IMG/VR virus record: IMGVR_UViG_2861079508_000001
Length of the DNA: 64,000 nt
DNA from: a virus
Lineage: Duplodnaviria > Heunggongvirae > Uroviricota > Caudoviricetes
Strand: one strand, 5' to 3'
Part shown: one piece after another, positions 12,388 through 21,806 of the stretch
How the letters are laid out: each line of letters starts with the position of its first letter
How positions within the stretch are numbered: position 1 is the stretch's first letter
The notes under the pieces: generated by a model
Databases searched by the model: none
Told to the model about the DNA's origin: nothing
Seen by the model: only the letters and a program-made list of their open reading frames with translations
Program-made: the position numbers and the translations under genes

Positions 12388-12429
12388 GTTCACAGATAAA
12401 ACACTCTCCAGGAAACCCGGGGCGGTTCA

Positions 12430-13286
12430 CGAAGCATCACCCGCATACGTTCCATTTCGGCCGCAGCTTCAACAATAGGCTTCTGCCACCCAAACATGAT
12501 GTCAGTAACCGTTCTGGCTGCATCTCCGATCTCGCCAAGCAGGAAAATGTTGCCACGAAGGCCAGAGAACATACCTCCTTCGTTACTTTTACCGCTATGG
12601 CCAGAAGCGCCGCTACGCCGCCCGCTACCACCATCGCCACTTCCAGATGTACGAACGCGTACCGGCTTGCTAATCAGTTGCTGACGTCCGATAACTTCGT
12701 CCATCTGCTCACGAACCTTTTTCAGTCCCTCGGCAGCCTGACTCGTTGTGACACCCCAATTACTGAGTCGCTTCGTCGTGGTATTAAGGCGCGTATTCAT
12801 GCCACTCACGGACGCAGAGGCTTCTTTGACCTCCGTACCAAAGCGGCTTGCGCTTTTGCTTGCATAGGTCGCCCAATCAGAGAAATCATTTAGCTCTGAT
12901 TGCACTTTACGTAATGACGCGGTGAGTTTATCTACTGAAGAAGTTGTCGTATCGACGCGCTCAATCAGGGCTTTAAGACCAGAATTGAGGCTGGTGATGT
13001 TGCCACGCATTTTACGCGTAGCATCTGAAGCAAGCTCAAAACCGGCAGCTACATCCTGTAGTTTATCTGCTGTAGAATCGAGCTTGCTTTCCAGAACGCC
13101 AATGATACGGGCGACCGAACCCAAAGAGCGTTCAAAGGTTTGGATTTTTTGAGCAGGCTTTGTTACCTGCTCACCAAATCGAGTAAGCAGTTTCCCCGCA
13201 CGATCGATTGACGCTGTAAACTGTTTGTCTTCCAGCGACAGGATAAACTCTACGTTTTGTGACATTCCCTTGTCATCCTCTGCCAA
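12430..13286 (-). pseudogene. tape measure protein, N-terminal ~285 codons, truncated by IS insertion
   Basis: ORF reads through into the IS right end and terminates there; frame is consistent with the C-terminal fragment once the IS and one CGA copy are removed. Confidence 0.75.
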
Positions 13287-13542
13287 ATATTTGCATCAGT
13301 TGCTCTTTGGCGTCAGGGTCTGCCTTATCCTGGCTTGGATCGTAGACTTTATCTGTTACGACTGGTCTTCCAATCCTGAGTTGCAAACCCTCCATGAACG
13401 CCTTCACAGCCTCGCCATCCGCCTGGGACGCACGAGCGACTTGTAAGTTGCGGACATCCTCTTCCGCACGCAGACGGTCTATATTGCGACTGAGCATCCA
13501 GAACATCGTGAGAGGAACGTTCAGTAGCTCTAATGGCGACAC
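13273..13542 (-). CDS. tail assembly chaperone extension (gpT-like, probably expressed by frameshift from the upstream chaperone)
   Basis: Small ORF between the G-like chaperone and the tape measure start, overlapping the latter; classic G/GT arrangement. Confidence 0.45.
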   Translation of the reverse strand: MSPLELLNVPLTMFWMLSRNIDRLRAEEDVRNLQVARASQADGEAVKAFMEGLQLRIGRPVVTDKVYDPSQDKADPDAKEQLMQIFGRG

Positions 13543-13622
13543 GGCGTAGTGAGCAACTACACGACTGAAATAGAATCCGAGATCTATTGAGACGGTCCTT
13601 GTCCCGGATTCATCGCGGGAAA

Positions 13623-13940
13623 TTACTTTGCCCCTTCGCCAGCCGCTTTTTCGTTTTCTTCATCAATCACTTCCATAGCGAAGGTGAAGATCTGCTGGAG
13701 TTGCGGAACAGTCAGTTTTTCAAGAACTTCATCAGGCACTGAAGGGATAACCTTACGAACCAGATCTGCATAAGCTGTCACTTGCTCAACAGGAGACATG
13801 TTCATGAGATCTTTGCCTTCCATCTGCTTGATGGAAACGAACAAACCTACCGTCATTTCAACGATGGGATATTCCTGACCGCCAAATTTGATGCTTTTCT
13901 TCGGAGGCAGAATGGAATCGAGATCGAGTAATTTGGTCAT
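13623..13940 (-). CDS. tail assembly chaperone (gpG-like)
   Basis: 105 aa acidic protein directly downstream of the major tail gene. Confidence 0.55.
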   Translation of the reverse strand: MTKLLDLDSILPPKKSIKFGGQEYPIVEMTVGLFVSIKQMEGKDLMNMSPVEQVTAYADLVRKVIPSVPDEVLEKLTVPQLQQIFTFAMEVIDEENEKAAGEGAK

Positions 13941-13995
13941 TGGTTTAAATCCTTTTAAAAGAGAGGCTCATCCTGAGCCTCTGCTTAGTTACTGA

Positions 13996-14742
13996 TTAAT
14001 CTGCGGAGTTAATCGTTACTGACTTAGTAGCCTTCTTAGAACCGCTATTGCTGGTGAAGGAGATGTTTGCAGTACCCTGCGCCACACCGCGCACAAGACC
14101 CGTTTGATCTACCGTGGCCTTTTCCTGGTCTTCGGATTCCCAAACACCGGTTTTGTCTGCGGCATCAGCTGGAGTGATTTCGGCTGTCAGTTGCACAGTT
14201 TCTCCAGCTTTTACGGTTGGAGATTCCGGTTTGATCGACACGGTTTTTACCGGTTTAGGGCCGCTCATTCTTCCCAGAACGCCTTCGTCATCAGGGTACG
14301 CACTGAACTGAACAGAGAACACACGAACATCATCAGACTGGTAAGTCATGGTGAAGTTACCTGCGGTCGCAGCTTTCGGGATGGTCAGAACGTAGTCGGT
14401 AGTGTCCTGCGGAGTCAGAACCAGCTCTTTGGCTACGTCGATCAGGTTGACACCCTGTGCGGAAGTGATGGTCACAGCGTTGTCGTCTTCGTTCAGAGTA
14501 GACCCCGGCATCAGATCGACCATATTTTTCAACACAGACTCGGCCAGCGGCGCAGTAATGGTAATGTTACGACCCTGCACCAGCTCGGACATAATTGTCT
14601 GCCCGTGCTGGTCGACAGTGACTTTCAGCGTTTCAGTGGCTACTTCAACCTGAACACCACCTTTGGTGTAACCCAAATCCACACCACCAAACGACACCTT
14701 ACAGGCACCAAGTTTGATGTTTTTTACATGGGTATTAGACAT
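13996..14742 (-). CDS. major tail protein with C-terminal Ig-like (Big_2) domain
   Basis: Start at ATG (MSNTHVK) preceded by AAAGGAG; C-terminal Ig-like segment similar to repeats in the 17402-18322 protein. Confidence 0.7.
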   Translation of the reverse strand: MSNTHVKNIKLGACKVSFGGVDLGYTKGGVQVEVATETLKVTVDQHGQTIMSELVQGRNITITAPLAESVLKNMVDLMPGSTLNEDDNAVTITSAQGVNLIDVAKELVLTPQDTTDYVLTIPKAATAGNFTMTYQSDDVRVFSVQFSAYPDDEGVLGRMSGPKPVKTVSIKPESPTVKAGETVQLTAEITPADAADKTGVWESEDQEKATVDQTGLVRGVAQGTANISFTSNSGSKKATKSVTINSAD

Positions 14743-14786
14743 TGATGGAAAACTCCTTTTTCCGTTAATTCTACGCATTCATTGCG

Positions 14787-14808
14787 CTAATAGTAAGTAT
14801 ATACTTAC
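14787..14808. promoter_or_regulatory. palindromic motif TAAGTA-N-TACTTA upstream of major tail gene
   Basis: One of about 14 copies of this palindrome found just upstream of minus-strand gene starts. Confidence 0.4.
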
Positions 14809-14816
14809 CGATTAAC

Positions 14817-15173
14817 TTAATTCAATAAATAGCCAGCAAATTCAACAGGAATGCCTGCTTCTATTAATGCTCCATCATTTTTGGGATAAATGATTGGCAT
14901 CGCAATCGGTCGTACCAGTCGAAAATAAACACCACCAGATTCCGTTTCCTCTACTGGAAACATCTCAATGATTTTATTGGCTTTCTCAACCGTCGTAGTA
15001 ATTGACGAACCACGCACAATGATTGTGAATGATTCGTGATAAAAGCCCTGTAGCTCATGATCGATGCTGATACCGGTATTTGGGTTAATAAGCAGGACGC
15101 CAGATTTCACATTGGCAGGCAAGTAGTGACAGAAAATGTCAGTCCCGACCGTGCCAATCTTTGCCTTCTGCAT
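14817..15173 (-). CDS. hypothetical tail/head-tail protein
   Basis: ORF in head-tail joining region; start placed at internal ATG to avoid a 120-nt overlap. Confidence 0.4.
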   Translation of the reverse strand: MQKAKIGTVGTDIFCHYLPANVKSGVLLINPNTGISIDHELQGFYHESFTIIVRGSSITTTVEKANKIIEMFPVEETESGGVYFRLVRPIAMPIIYPKNDGALIEAGIPVEFAGYLLN

Positions 15174-15201
15174 CAAACTTGCAAACGCTTCAATAAACAC
15201 A

Positions 15202-15675
15202 TTAACCTCTCGTAAATCCGGCTTTTCTGGCAGCCTCAAGAATCGCTTCTGAGAACTGCTTCTCGCTAATTTCCACCGCTCTTTCCAGAAAGTGTGGCCC
15301 AACACGGGGTTTAACACCGGCAATTGGTGGGTTTGTCACGTTCTTCATTCGAGAAAGATAACCGAGTCGGTATTTACCCAGCTCCATGTACTTAGCATAG
15401 TCACCTACTTCTACGCCCGGATGCCCCTGACGTGGTTTTGCTCCAGACACAGAAAGCTCAATACGCAGCCCTGAATAACCTTCTTTAATCACCCTGGCAA
15501 AGATGGCTGTCTCCAGAGATCCGGTTTCCAGCGGGGCCATTGCACGGCTGAGGCGCTCAACCAAACGCGCCAGCTTTTCCATGTCCCGAATAAGATATCG
15601 CTTAAATGCTTTCTGGCTGTTGTTGAGTCTATTCCCCGCACGTTTGAACTGATGCGCATCGTATTTCAGACCCAT
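15202..15675 (-). CDS. head-tail joining / tail completion protein (HK97 gp10-like)
   Basis: 157 aa, position and composition. Confidence 0.4.
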   Translation of the reverse strand: MGLKYDAHQFKRAGNRLNNSQKAFKRYLIRDMEKLARLVERLSRAMAPLETGSLETAIFARVIKEGYSGLRIELSVSGAKPRQGHPGVEVGDYAKYMELGKYRLGYLSRMKNVTNPPIAGVKPRVGPHFLERAVEISEKQFSEAILEAARKAGFTRG

Positions 15676-16106
15676 ATATTCGCCCCTACTTCAAGATGCC
15701 CAGGTCTTCCTCGTAGCCCCCAGCGGCGATGAACACTGGACACCTTTAATTTTTGACCTTCAAGGATCAGTACATCATCAAGTTGTACAGCCGCTTCTAA
15801 AGGGACAACTAACACAGCATCAAACAGCTCCAGACTCGCCTTACCACGACTACCAGAGCTATCAGCACGAACTGACGATTTCTCATTACTCTGTTCGAAC
15901 TTAACCACGCCGACATTCGTCTTCCTGACGAATTGTAATTGCGCCTCACCGTAAACGTTCTTTGCGCCAAAGCGGTAGATCGCAATTTCTGTTTGCCATG
16001 AAATATTCATGCTCTCTCCCTGTTGTTGTCGGTCGCTCTCATTACTGGCCAAAAAACCTTTCGACCAAAAGTAAATAATGCGACTGGCGTTACGCACGGC
16101 GAACAA
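15666..16106 (-). CDS. head-tail adaptor protein (putative)
   Basis: position between head and tail modules. Confidence 0.35.
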   Translation of the reverse strand: MFAVRNASRIIYFWSKGFLASNESDRQQQGESMNISWQTEIAIYRFGAKNVYGEAQLQFVRKTNVGVVKFEQSNEKSSVRADSSGSRGKASLELFDAVLVVPLEAAVQLDDVLILEGQKLKVSSVHRRWGLRGRPGHLEVGANIWV

Positions 16107-16923
16107 TCATACGGTTGTTGATGTAACTGACCAGCAAGCGCCAGGTACTACGAGCCACATGCACGTTTGCAGCTTTACCGGTACGGTACATGTTGGTTGT
16201 TTCACCGATGGACTCTGACAAAATGCCATCCTCTCGTGCTGCGGCTACATCATTGCCATTTGCGATCTCACACGCTTCGTTGACAACGGCAAGCATCAAC
16301 GCTTCTTTGAAGTAGTCAGGGAACTCTTCAAACTTCTCCTGCGTCATCTTTTCCCAATCGACTAAATCATGCCGGTACGCTCCATCTGCTTCCCACGGAA
16401 TGTCATACACATTCAGCATATTTTGAGGGCGATCGTATCGGTCAAAGTCGATACGTAGAATTTTGCGGATTGAGAACGGTAAAGTTTTAATTCGTCTGGT
16501 AGCCTCAATGAGACGCTTGCGCATTAAGCCTTCACCATCCGACAGCAAAGTGTCCCCATTCAGCATATCGATCGCCTGCATTTGAGCATCAGCGACAGTT
16601 GCAAACGACTGTTCTGGTATCGACAGTTCAAAACTATTCAGCAGAACATACATTTGCCGCTCTTCATGCGTCAGACCCGATGCAACAGCCTTCACAATGA
16701 CGTACCGCAGATCTCGCTCTTTCTCAGAGAGCTGGTTATATTCAGCCGACACGACAACCGGAATCGACATTTGACCGCTGGTAATTTCTAGCGGCTCGCC
16801 ATCAACGAGAATAGCCCCGGTGCTGTCCTTTACTGTGTAGGTGGCAGATTCGATATCCAGCACGTTGAAGGCAAATGAAAGAGAAACAGCTTCACCGCTA
16901 CGATACGAGTCGATCTGCGCCAT
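16090..16923 (-). CDS. hypothetical structural protein
   Basis: 277 aa ORF in structural module. Confidence 0.4.
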   Translation of the reverse strand: MAQIDSYRSGEAVSLSFAFNVLDIESATYTVKDSTGAILVDGEPLEITSGQMSIPVVVSAEYNQLSEKERDLRYVIVKAVASGLTHEERQMYVLLNSFELSIPEQSFATVADAQMQAIDMLNGDTLLSDGEGLMRKRLIEATRRIKTLPFSIRKILRIDFDRYDRPQNMLNVYDIPWEADGAYRHDLVDWEKMTQEKFEEFPDYFKEALMLAVVNEACEIANGNDVAAAREDGILSESIGETTNMYRTGKAANVHVARSTWRLLVSYINNRMIVRRA

Positions 16924-17357
16924 TACTCACCGCCTTGTGCTTTCAGGATGCCGTCAATCATTTCGACAATTCCTTTCGCTTTGACACCAACCTGATTACC
17001 AATAACTCGTAGACCGGCAATACCTTCGTTGTCTGCAATTGACTCCAGCTCTTCTCGTGTGAAAGTCTGGATCTGTTTGGCCGGTTCATCTGGTGTCCCA
17101 CGTTTCATTGGCACAATGTCAGGCGCTGCTGGCTCGGTAATCAGGTCTGCTGTCAATTCACCACGATCACTGTATGCGGCAGACGGAGAAACATTTTTGC
17201 CCTCTACTGTTGACGCTCGCATTGAAGCACAAATCCTCTGCTGATCGATAAAAGGCAACTCCGCTACGGATACCCCGTTCTCGAACTGAACGCCACACAG
17301 CATTCCCGAATAACCGGAAAATTGCGGTTCTAATAAAACAATTTTTGCTGGTTTCAT
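16923..17357 (-). CDS. hypothetical structural protein
   Basis: 144 aa ORF in structural module. Confidence 0.35.
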   Translation of the reverse strand: MKPAKIVLLEPQFSGYSGMLCGVQFENGVSVAELPFIDQQRICASMRASTVEGKNVSPSAAYSDRGELTADLITEPAAPDIVPMKRGTPDEPAKQIQTFTREELESIADNEGIAGLRVIGNQVGVKAKGIVEMIDGILKAQGGE

Positions 17358-17401
17358 AACGCTTTCTCTCCACTTGGGCGGCGAAAGCCGCCCAATATCG
17401 G

Positions 17402-18322
17402 TTATTCCTGTGCGGCAGTAACTTCTACAGTTGCTGTCGCTTTGTGGCTACCATCTTGGGTAGTAACCTCGATTGTGGCAGTACCAGCCGCAACACCAGT
17501 TACAACACCGGTTTCGCTGTCAACCGTTGCAAACTCGGTATTTTTGGATTCCCAAGTAACGGTTTTATTTGTGGCTCCTGCCGGCTCGACATTTGCTGTC
17601 AGCTGAACAGTTTTGTTTGCCTCAACGGTTGTGCTATTTGGGTCGATTTCGACGCCGGTAACAGCCACAACAGGCGCAGTTACTTCCACCGTTGCAGTTG
17701 CCTTTTTGCTGCCATCTTGGGAAACGATCTCAATCGTCGCAGTGCCAACTTCTACACCAGTAACGTTCCCGCTCTGGTCTACCGTTGCCTTATCTTCATT
17801 TTTGGAAGACCAGGTAACAGCCTTATTCGTCGCATTTGACGGCTGAACATTCGCTTTCAGACTGACTGATTTCCCTTTCTCAACAGACGTTGATTCTGGC
17901 GTTACCGTTACGGATTGAACGGCTACCGGATTTACGGTGACTTCCACTGAAGCGGAAAGCTGGGTTTCCTGATCAGTTGCAGTAATTTTTACTTTGCCTG
18001 GTGCTACGCCAGTTACTAATCCAGTGCCGTTAACGGTTGCAATTTGGTCATTGGCTGACTTCCAGGTGAATGAACTGGCACTCTTACCCATACTAATACC
18101 TGCACTAAGTTGAACAGTTTTCCCAACCAAAACTGACGGTGAAGCCGGGGTTATGTTTACGGATTGGGAGAGGGGAACCGCCTGCAAACAAGCAGATAGC
18201 TGACTTTGTTGCCGCTCGGTTAAAGGTTCATCGGAGATAGAATTGGTAAATCCGGCACGGCACATATGCCCCGTAAAATCCGAAAATGCCTCTTCCGTAA
18301 TCTTCATCTTTTGTTCTGGCAT
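17402..18322 (-). CDS. Ig-like (Big_2) repeat protein, candidate head decoration protein
   Basis: Three tandem Ig-like repeats (ATVDQ.G.VTGV..G.A.I); located right after the major capsid gene. Confidence 0.55.
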   Translation of the reverse strand: MPEQKMKITEEAFSDFTGHMCRAGFTNSISDEPLTERQQSQLSACLQAVPLSQSVNITPASPSVLVGKTVQLSAGISMGKSASSFTWKSANDQIATVNGTGLVTGVAPGKVKITATDQETQLSASVEVTVNPVAVQSVTVTPESTSVEKGKSVSLKANVQPSNATNKAVTWSSKNEDKATVDQSGNVTGVEVGTATIEIVSQDGSKKATATVEVTAPVVAVTGVEIDPNSTTVEANKTVQLTANVEPAGATNKTVTWESKNTEFATVDSETGVVTGVAAGTATIEVTTQDGSHKATATVEVTAAQE

Positions 18323-18340
18323 TTCTCGCTCCTACAAAAA

Positions 18341-18361
18341 GGGTGGGCGTATAGCCCACCC
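18341..18361 (-). terminator. intrinsic terminator after major capsid gene
   Basis: Hairpin GGGTGGGCGTATAGCCCACCC flanked by A-run and T-run. Confidence 0.6.
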
Positions 18362-18395
18362 TTTAACATAGATAACTACTTATCTACTACACTGA

Positions 18396-19271
18396 TTAAA
18401 TTTTTACATTGGTCAGTGCAGCGATAGCCTTATCGTGCTTATTCGCCAGAGAGCAGTACCACTTCACACGGGTACGTACTGCGTCTTTGTTCTGTACAGT
18501 ACCAATGTTTTCAACAACGATACCTGCGTTATCGCCGCCATACAGACCAGTAACGCCGTTCTCTTCTGACAGATGCAAGCAGTAGATGCTTGCTTTGCCA
18601 GAATCAGTCGGGATGAAGTCGTTGATGATGAACGGAACACCGTTATGACACAGCATCGGACGACCGAAGTTCTCCATCATGATTTCAGACGGACCTACGT
18701 TTACTGTACGCAGCAGCGCACGGTAAGCACGAAGGTGCTCTGAACGCATCATGATGCAGTCAGCACCAAGATCTTTCACCGCATCGACCAGTTCGTCGAA
18801 CATAGAGAAAGTCATAGATGCACCGGCGATATCGATCTTCTGATCTGCGTGCATCAGGCGTGGAATGCCGTCAAACGCTTTGTTGTTGGTGCTGGAGTCA
18901 CCCAAAATCAGATTGCGACGGAACGCACGAGCCAGACCTTTAACTTTCTGACGAACCTGAATAGCCAACTGGTTATTGGTGTCGGCCATAGTGGTTGCCA
19001 GGAATTTATCAACGTCTACGTCACCAGCCAGAATACGCAGTTTCGCAACGCATTCTTCGAAGGTTGCTGCACCTTCCGGGATGGTGTCGTTAACGTCGAT
19101 GAAGGTAGCCTCACTCAGCGTTTTTTCACGGTTGTACAGATATGCCTTTGAAGTAATTTTCATAAAAGGCAGGATGGCAAACAGGTCATCGCGATCGATG
19201 ATGGTTTCAATCACGCCCTGTTCAAGTTCGTTGTTAGACAGCTTTTCAGCTTCTTCACGCAGTAATGGCAT
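18396..19271 (-). CDS. major capsid protein (HK97-fold)
   Basis: 291 aa, position after scaffold gene, followed by strong terminator. Confidence 0.7.
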   Translation of the reverse strand: MPLLREEAEKLSNNELEQGVIETIIDRDDLFAILPFMKITSKAYLYNREKTLSEATFIDVNDTIPEGAATFEECVAKLRILAGDVDVDKFLATTMADTNNQLAIQVRQKVKGLARAFRRNLILGDSSTNNKAFDGIPRLMHADQKIDIAGASMTFSMFDELVDAVKDLGADCIMMRSEHLRAYRALLRTVNVGPSEIMMENFGRPMLCHNGVPFIINDFIPTDSGKASIYCLHLSEENGVTGLYGGDNAGIVVENIGTVQNKDAVRTRVKWYCSLANKHDKAIAALTNVKI

Positions 19272-19296
19272 CTATCAATTCCCTTTGATTTAGATG

Positions 19297-20184
19297 TTAC
19301 TTAAGTCCAATTTTCCCCAGACCGGAGGCCAACTTATCCATAGTCGACTTGTTCTTCGGTTGGGATATTGTGTAGGTCGATTTGGAATGTGAGCCTACAC
19401 CCTGCTTGGCTTCGCTACGCATCAATGCGTCAGCTTCCGGATCTGCCCGCACAATGCGTTCAATCGCGGATTCAAACGGCAACGGCTTACCTTCACCGTC
19501 AACCAGAACAGCTCGTTCTTTATGACCTGCCGGTTTGTCATAACCCACTACGCTACCGTCTTCACCCACTTCAAAATGAGAACCGTAGATCACGCGGGCT
19601 TTTGCCGGAGTCATCAGAACTTTGTCACGTAGGAAGAGAGAGTTACTGAAGGAAGCGCCCACGGTCATCTCGACTAATTGAGATTTCAGTGATGCGTTTT
19701 CACTTTCCAGTGCTGCATAACGTTCGTCACGCTGTGCCAGCTCTGCCTGGTGTGCTTCGATCATCTGTTTTTTAACAGCATCGAACTCACCACGACGCTC
19801 CAGTTCAGCTTGCTCCGCCTCACGACGTGCGTTTTCTGCGGCCTGTTCAGCTTCTAAAAGCTGGCGAGCACGCGCCGGGTCGATTTCACCGTACTGAGCA
19901 AGCTGATCGGCCAATGTGCGCTCTTTCTCTTTGCGCTTCATGTTCTCTTTCAGCAGTTCAGCACCAGCTTTCTTGGTTTTGCGAAGTTCGGCCAGTAACT
20001 CTTCATGAGTCATGCCAGCGTATTCGTCATCACCCTTCGGCTGCTCTTTTTGTTCACCCTGCTTGTCAGGATCTTGTGTACTCTGCTCATTATCAGCAGC
20101 TACACCGCCAGCGCCCCCACGCTCATGCGCTTCAGCAACATCCATCAGACCACGACGGGCCAAAAGCATTTGCCACAGTTTCAT
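19297..20184 (-). CDS. capsid scaffolding protein
   Basis: Charged helical protein rich in E/A/R/Q between portal and capsid genes. Confidence 0.6.
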   Translation of the reverse strand: MKLWQMLLARRGLMDVAEAHERGGAGGVAADNEQSTQDPDKQGEQKEQPKGDDEYAGMTHEELLAELRKTKKAGAELLKENMKRKEKERTLADQLAQYGEIDPARARQLLEAEQAAENARREAEQAELERRGEFDAVKKQMIEAHQAELAQRDERYAALESENASLKSQLVEMTVGASFSNSLFLRDKVLMTPAKARVIYGSHFEVGEDGSVVGYDKPAGHKERAVLVDGEGKPLPFESAIERIVRADPEADALMRSEAKQGVGSHSKSTYTISQPKNKSTMDKLASGLGKIGLK

Positions 20185-20205
20185 AAAAATTCCCTTTGTT
20201 ACTTA

Positions 20206-21780
20206 TCACTCGTTCTCTTGAGTAGATGAGTCCCCATTCCCTCGGGGTTGATCTTGCCCGCTTTCTTGGGCTGCACCACGATCATAAGTAAGTACTGACT
20301 TATTTTCAAGGGTATTTAGATCATTTTTTGGCGGAAAATTCAAGAGATCTTTATCAAATTCCTTTTTCATCGCCTCAGTAATGTTCGGGAAAATCTTCTC
20401 AATAAGCATTTCCATCTGGTGACGACGTACAGAGTCCGGTGCCTGAAGTAATGACAGTTTCTCGGCAACAGAAAATTCATCTGTAAGGCCACGAATATCG
20501 AAACTTTCTGGATACGCAATTAAAGAGTGGTCTTCGTCCAGATCTACCCCCATCCATTTCGCAACCAGTAGCATGATTTGGCGTTCAGCCCTTTCCAGAC
20601 GCTCTGCTTTTGTGACAAGCAAGCTATTTACACGCTGGAAGTCATACATTTTTGCGGCACCAGATGAGTTATCAATTCCCTGTGCGTTGTCCTGCTTCGT
20701 TCGCTCACCAGCGACACCAACTGAATGGTAGATTTCGTTAATCACCGTCTTAATCGTAGTGATGATCATCTGAGCTTGTTTCGGGTCTGGTGACAAATAA
20801 AACGGCTGGTTTCCACCTTCAGAATCGTAGGTGAAGACTCGCTTTGTGCCCATTTCAAGCACTTTAGTGTGGTTTTCATCACCAGGTAAAAGCGACTGTA
20901 CTGGTATAGCCAACTGGCTAAATGTCTGATCCTGAATAATGGCATCAAGGTTTGACAGATAGTTTGCAACCGCACGATCAAGATAAGCGATATCATCGAT
21001 CAACGATGGGCTGAAATACGGTGATTCACTTTCTCCAATACAATCAACAGGAAACACAGGAACTACGCTGAGATTATGCTCACCGCTATCCTCTAAAATA
21101 ACTTTTGCCTGACGGCGACCTGCTCCACCAGCGCCCTTCTTCACTTCCTCACGGAACAGATACCACTCGTTTTGTGTCCACAGACGATAACGTTGGTATT
21201 CCTGACCTGTAGAAGTAAAAGGATCTGCGTCATCACGAGCGACTTCCACAATTAACGCCCACAACATATTCCCGTCGTCGTCCCATGCCACATCCAGCAT
21301 TTGCTGAGGTGAAATCCAGTAGGCGTAGGCGCGAGCATCTTTCTTTTTCTCGTCAGCTACTGACTCAACATCACCACTCATCGTGCTATCGACAACAACC
21401 CATATGCGACCGTAAATAGACGACTGCAAATCAATAGCGGCCATAAATGAGTCAATAGAGGCATTCTGGCGAGTCGCACGTTTCCAGAAATTGCGGATCT
21501 GCTCTGGTGCCTCTTCGATATTTCTATGAATGTCTTCTTTAAAGAGATATTTGTTGATGAGGTTTACCACCTCACGAGTGTGGTTGAAGCGATAAGCACG
21601 CTCAACTCGCTCCTTAAACTCCTGATCTCCCTCTTTAAAGTAACGAAAGATATTGTCTGTAAACCAACCACGCCCGCCAGCGTAAGTGCTGGCGAGGAAG
21701 TCCCAATGTTCTTTTTTCTTTTCGTATTCCGGGTGGCGTCGCGCCACCAGATCCTTAATTTGTTTGTCGTTCAATTCCAT
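20206..21780 (-). CDS. portal protein
   Basis: 524 aa ORF between terminase large subunit and scaffold. Confidence 0.65.
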   Translation of the reverse strand: MELNDKQIKDLVARRHPEYEKKKEHWDFLASTYAGGRGWFTDNIFRYFKEGDQEFKERVERAYRFNHTREVVNLINKYLFKEDIHRNIEEAPEQIRNFWKRATRQNASIDSFMAAIDLQSSIYGRIWVVVDSTMSGDVESVADEKKKDARAYAYWISPQQMLDVAWDDDGNMLWALIVEVARDDADPFTSTGQEYQRYRLWTQNEWYLFREEVKKGAGGAGRRQAKVILEDSGEHNLSVVPVFPVDCIGESESPYFSPSLIDDIAYLDRAVANYLSNLDAIIQDQTFSQLAIPVQSLLPGDENHTKVLEMGTKRVFTYDSEGGNQPFYLSPDPKQAQMIITTIKTVINEIYHSVGVAGERTKQDNAQGIDNSSGAAKMYDFQRVNSLLVTKAERLERAERQIMLLVAKWMGVDLDEDHSLIAYPESFDIRGLTDEFSVAEKLSLLQAPDSVRRHQMEMLIEKIFPNITEAMKKEFDKDLLNFPPKNDLNTLENKSVLTYDRGAAQESGQDQPRGNGDSSTQENE

Positions 21781-21806
21781 TTGAATAACCTTAGATAATT
21801 ACCTAC

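Larger units (their letters stand above)
11120..12429 (+). mobile_element. IS3-family insertion sequence, IS629/IS1203-like (~1310 bp)
   Basis: Terminal inverted repeats TGAACCGCCCCGGG...; orfA plus orfB with overlap typical of programmed -1 frameshift; 3-bp flanking direct repeat CGA. Confidence 0.85.
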
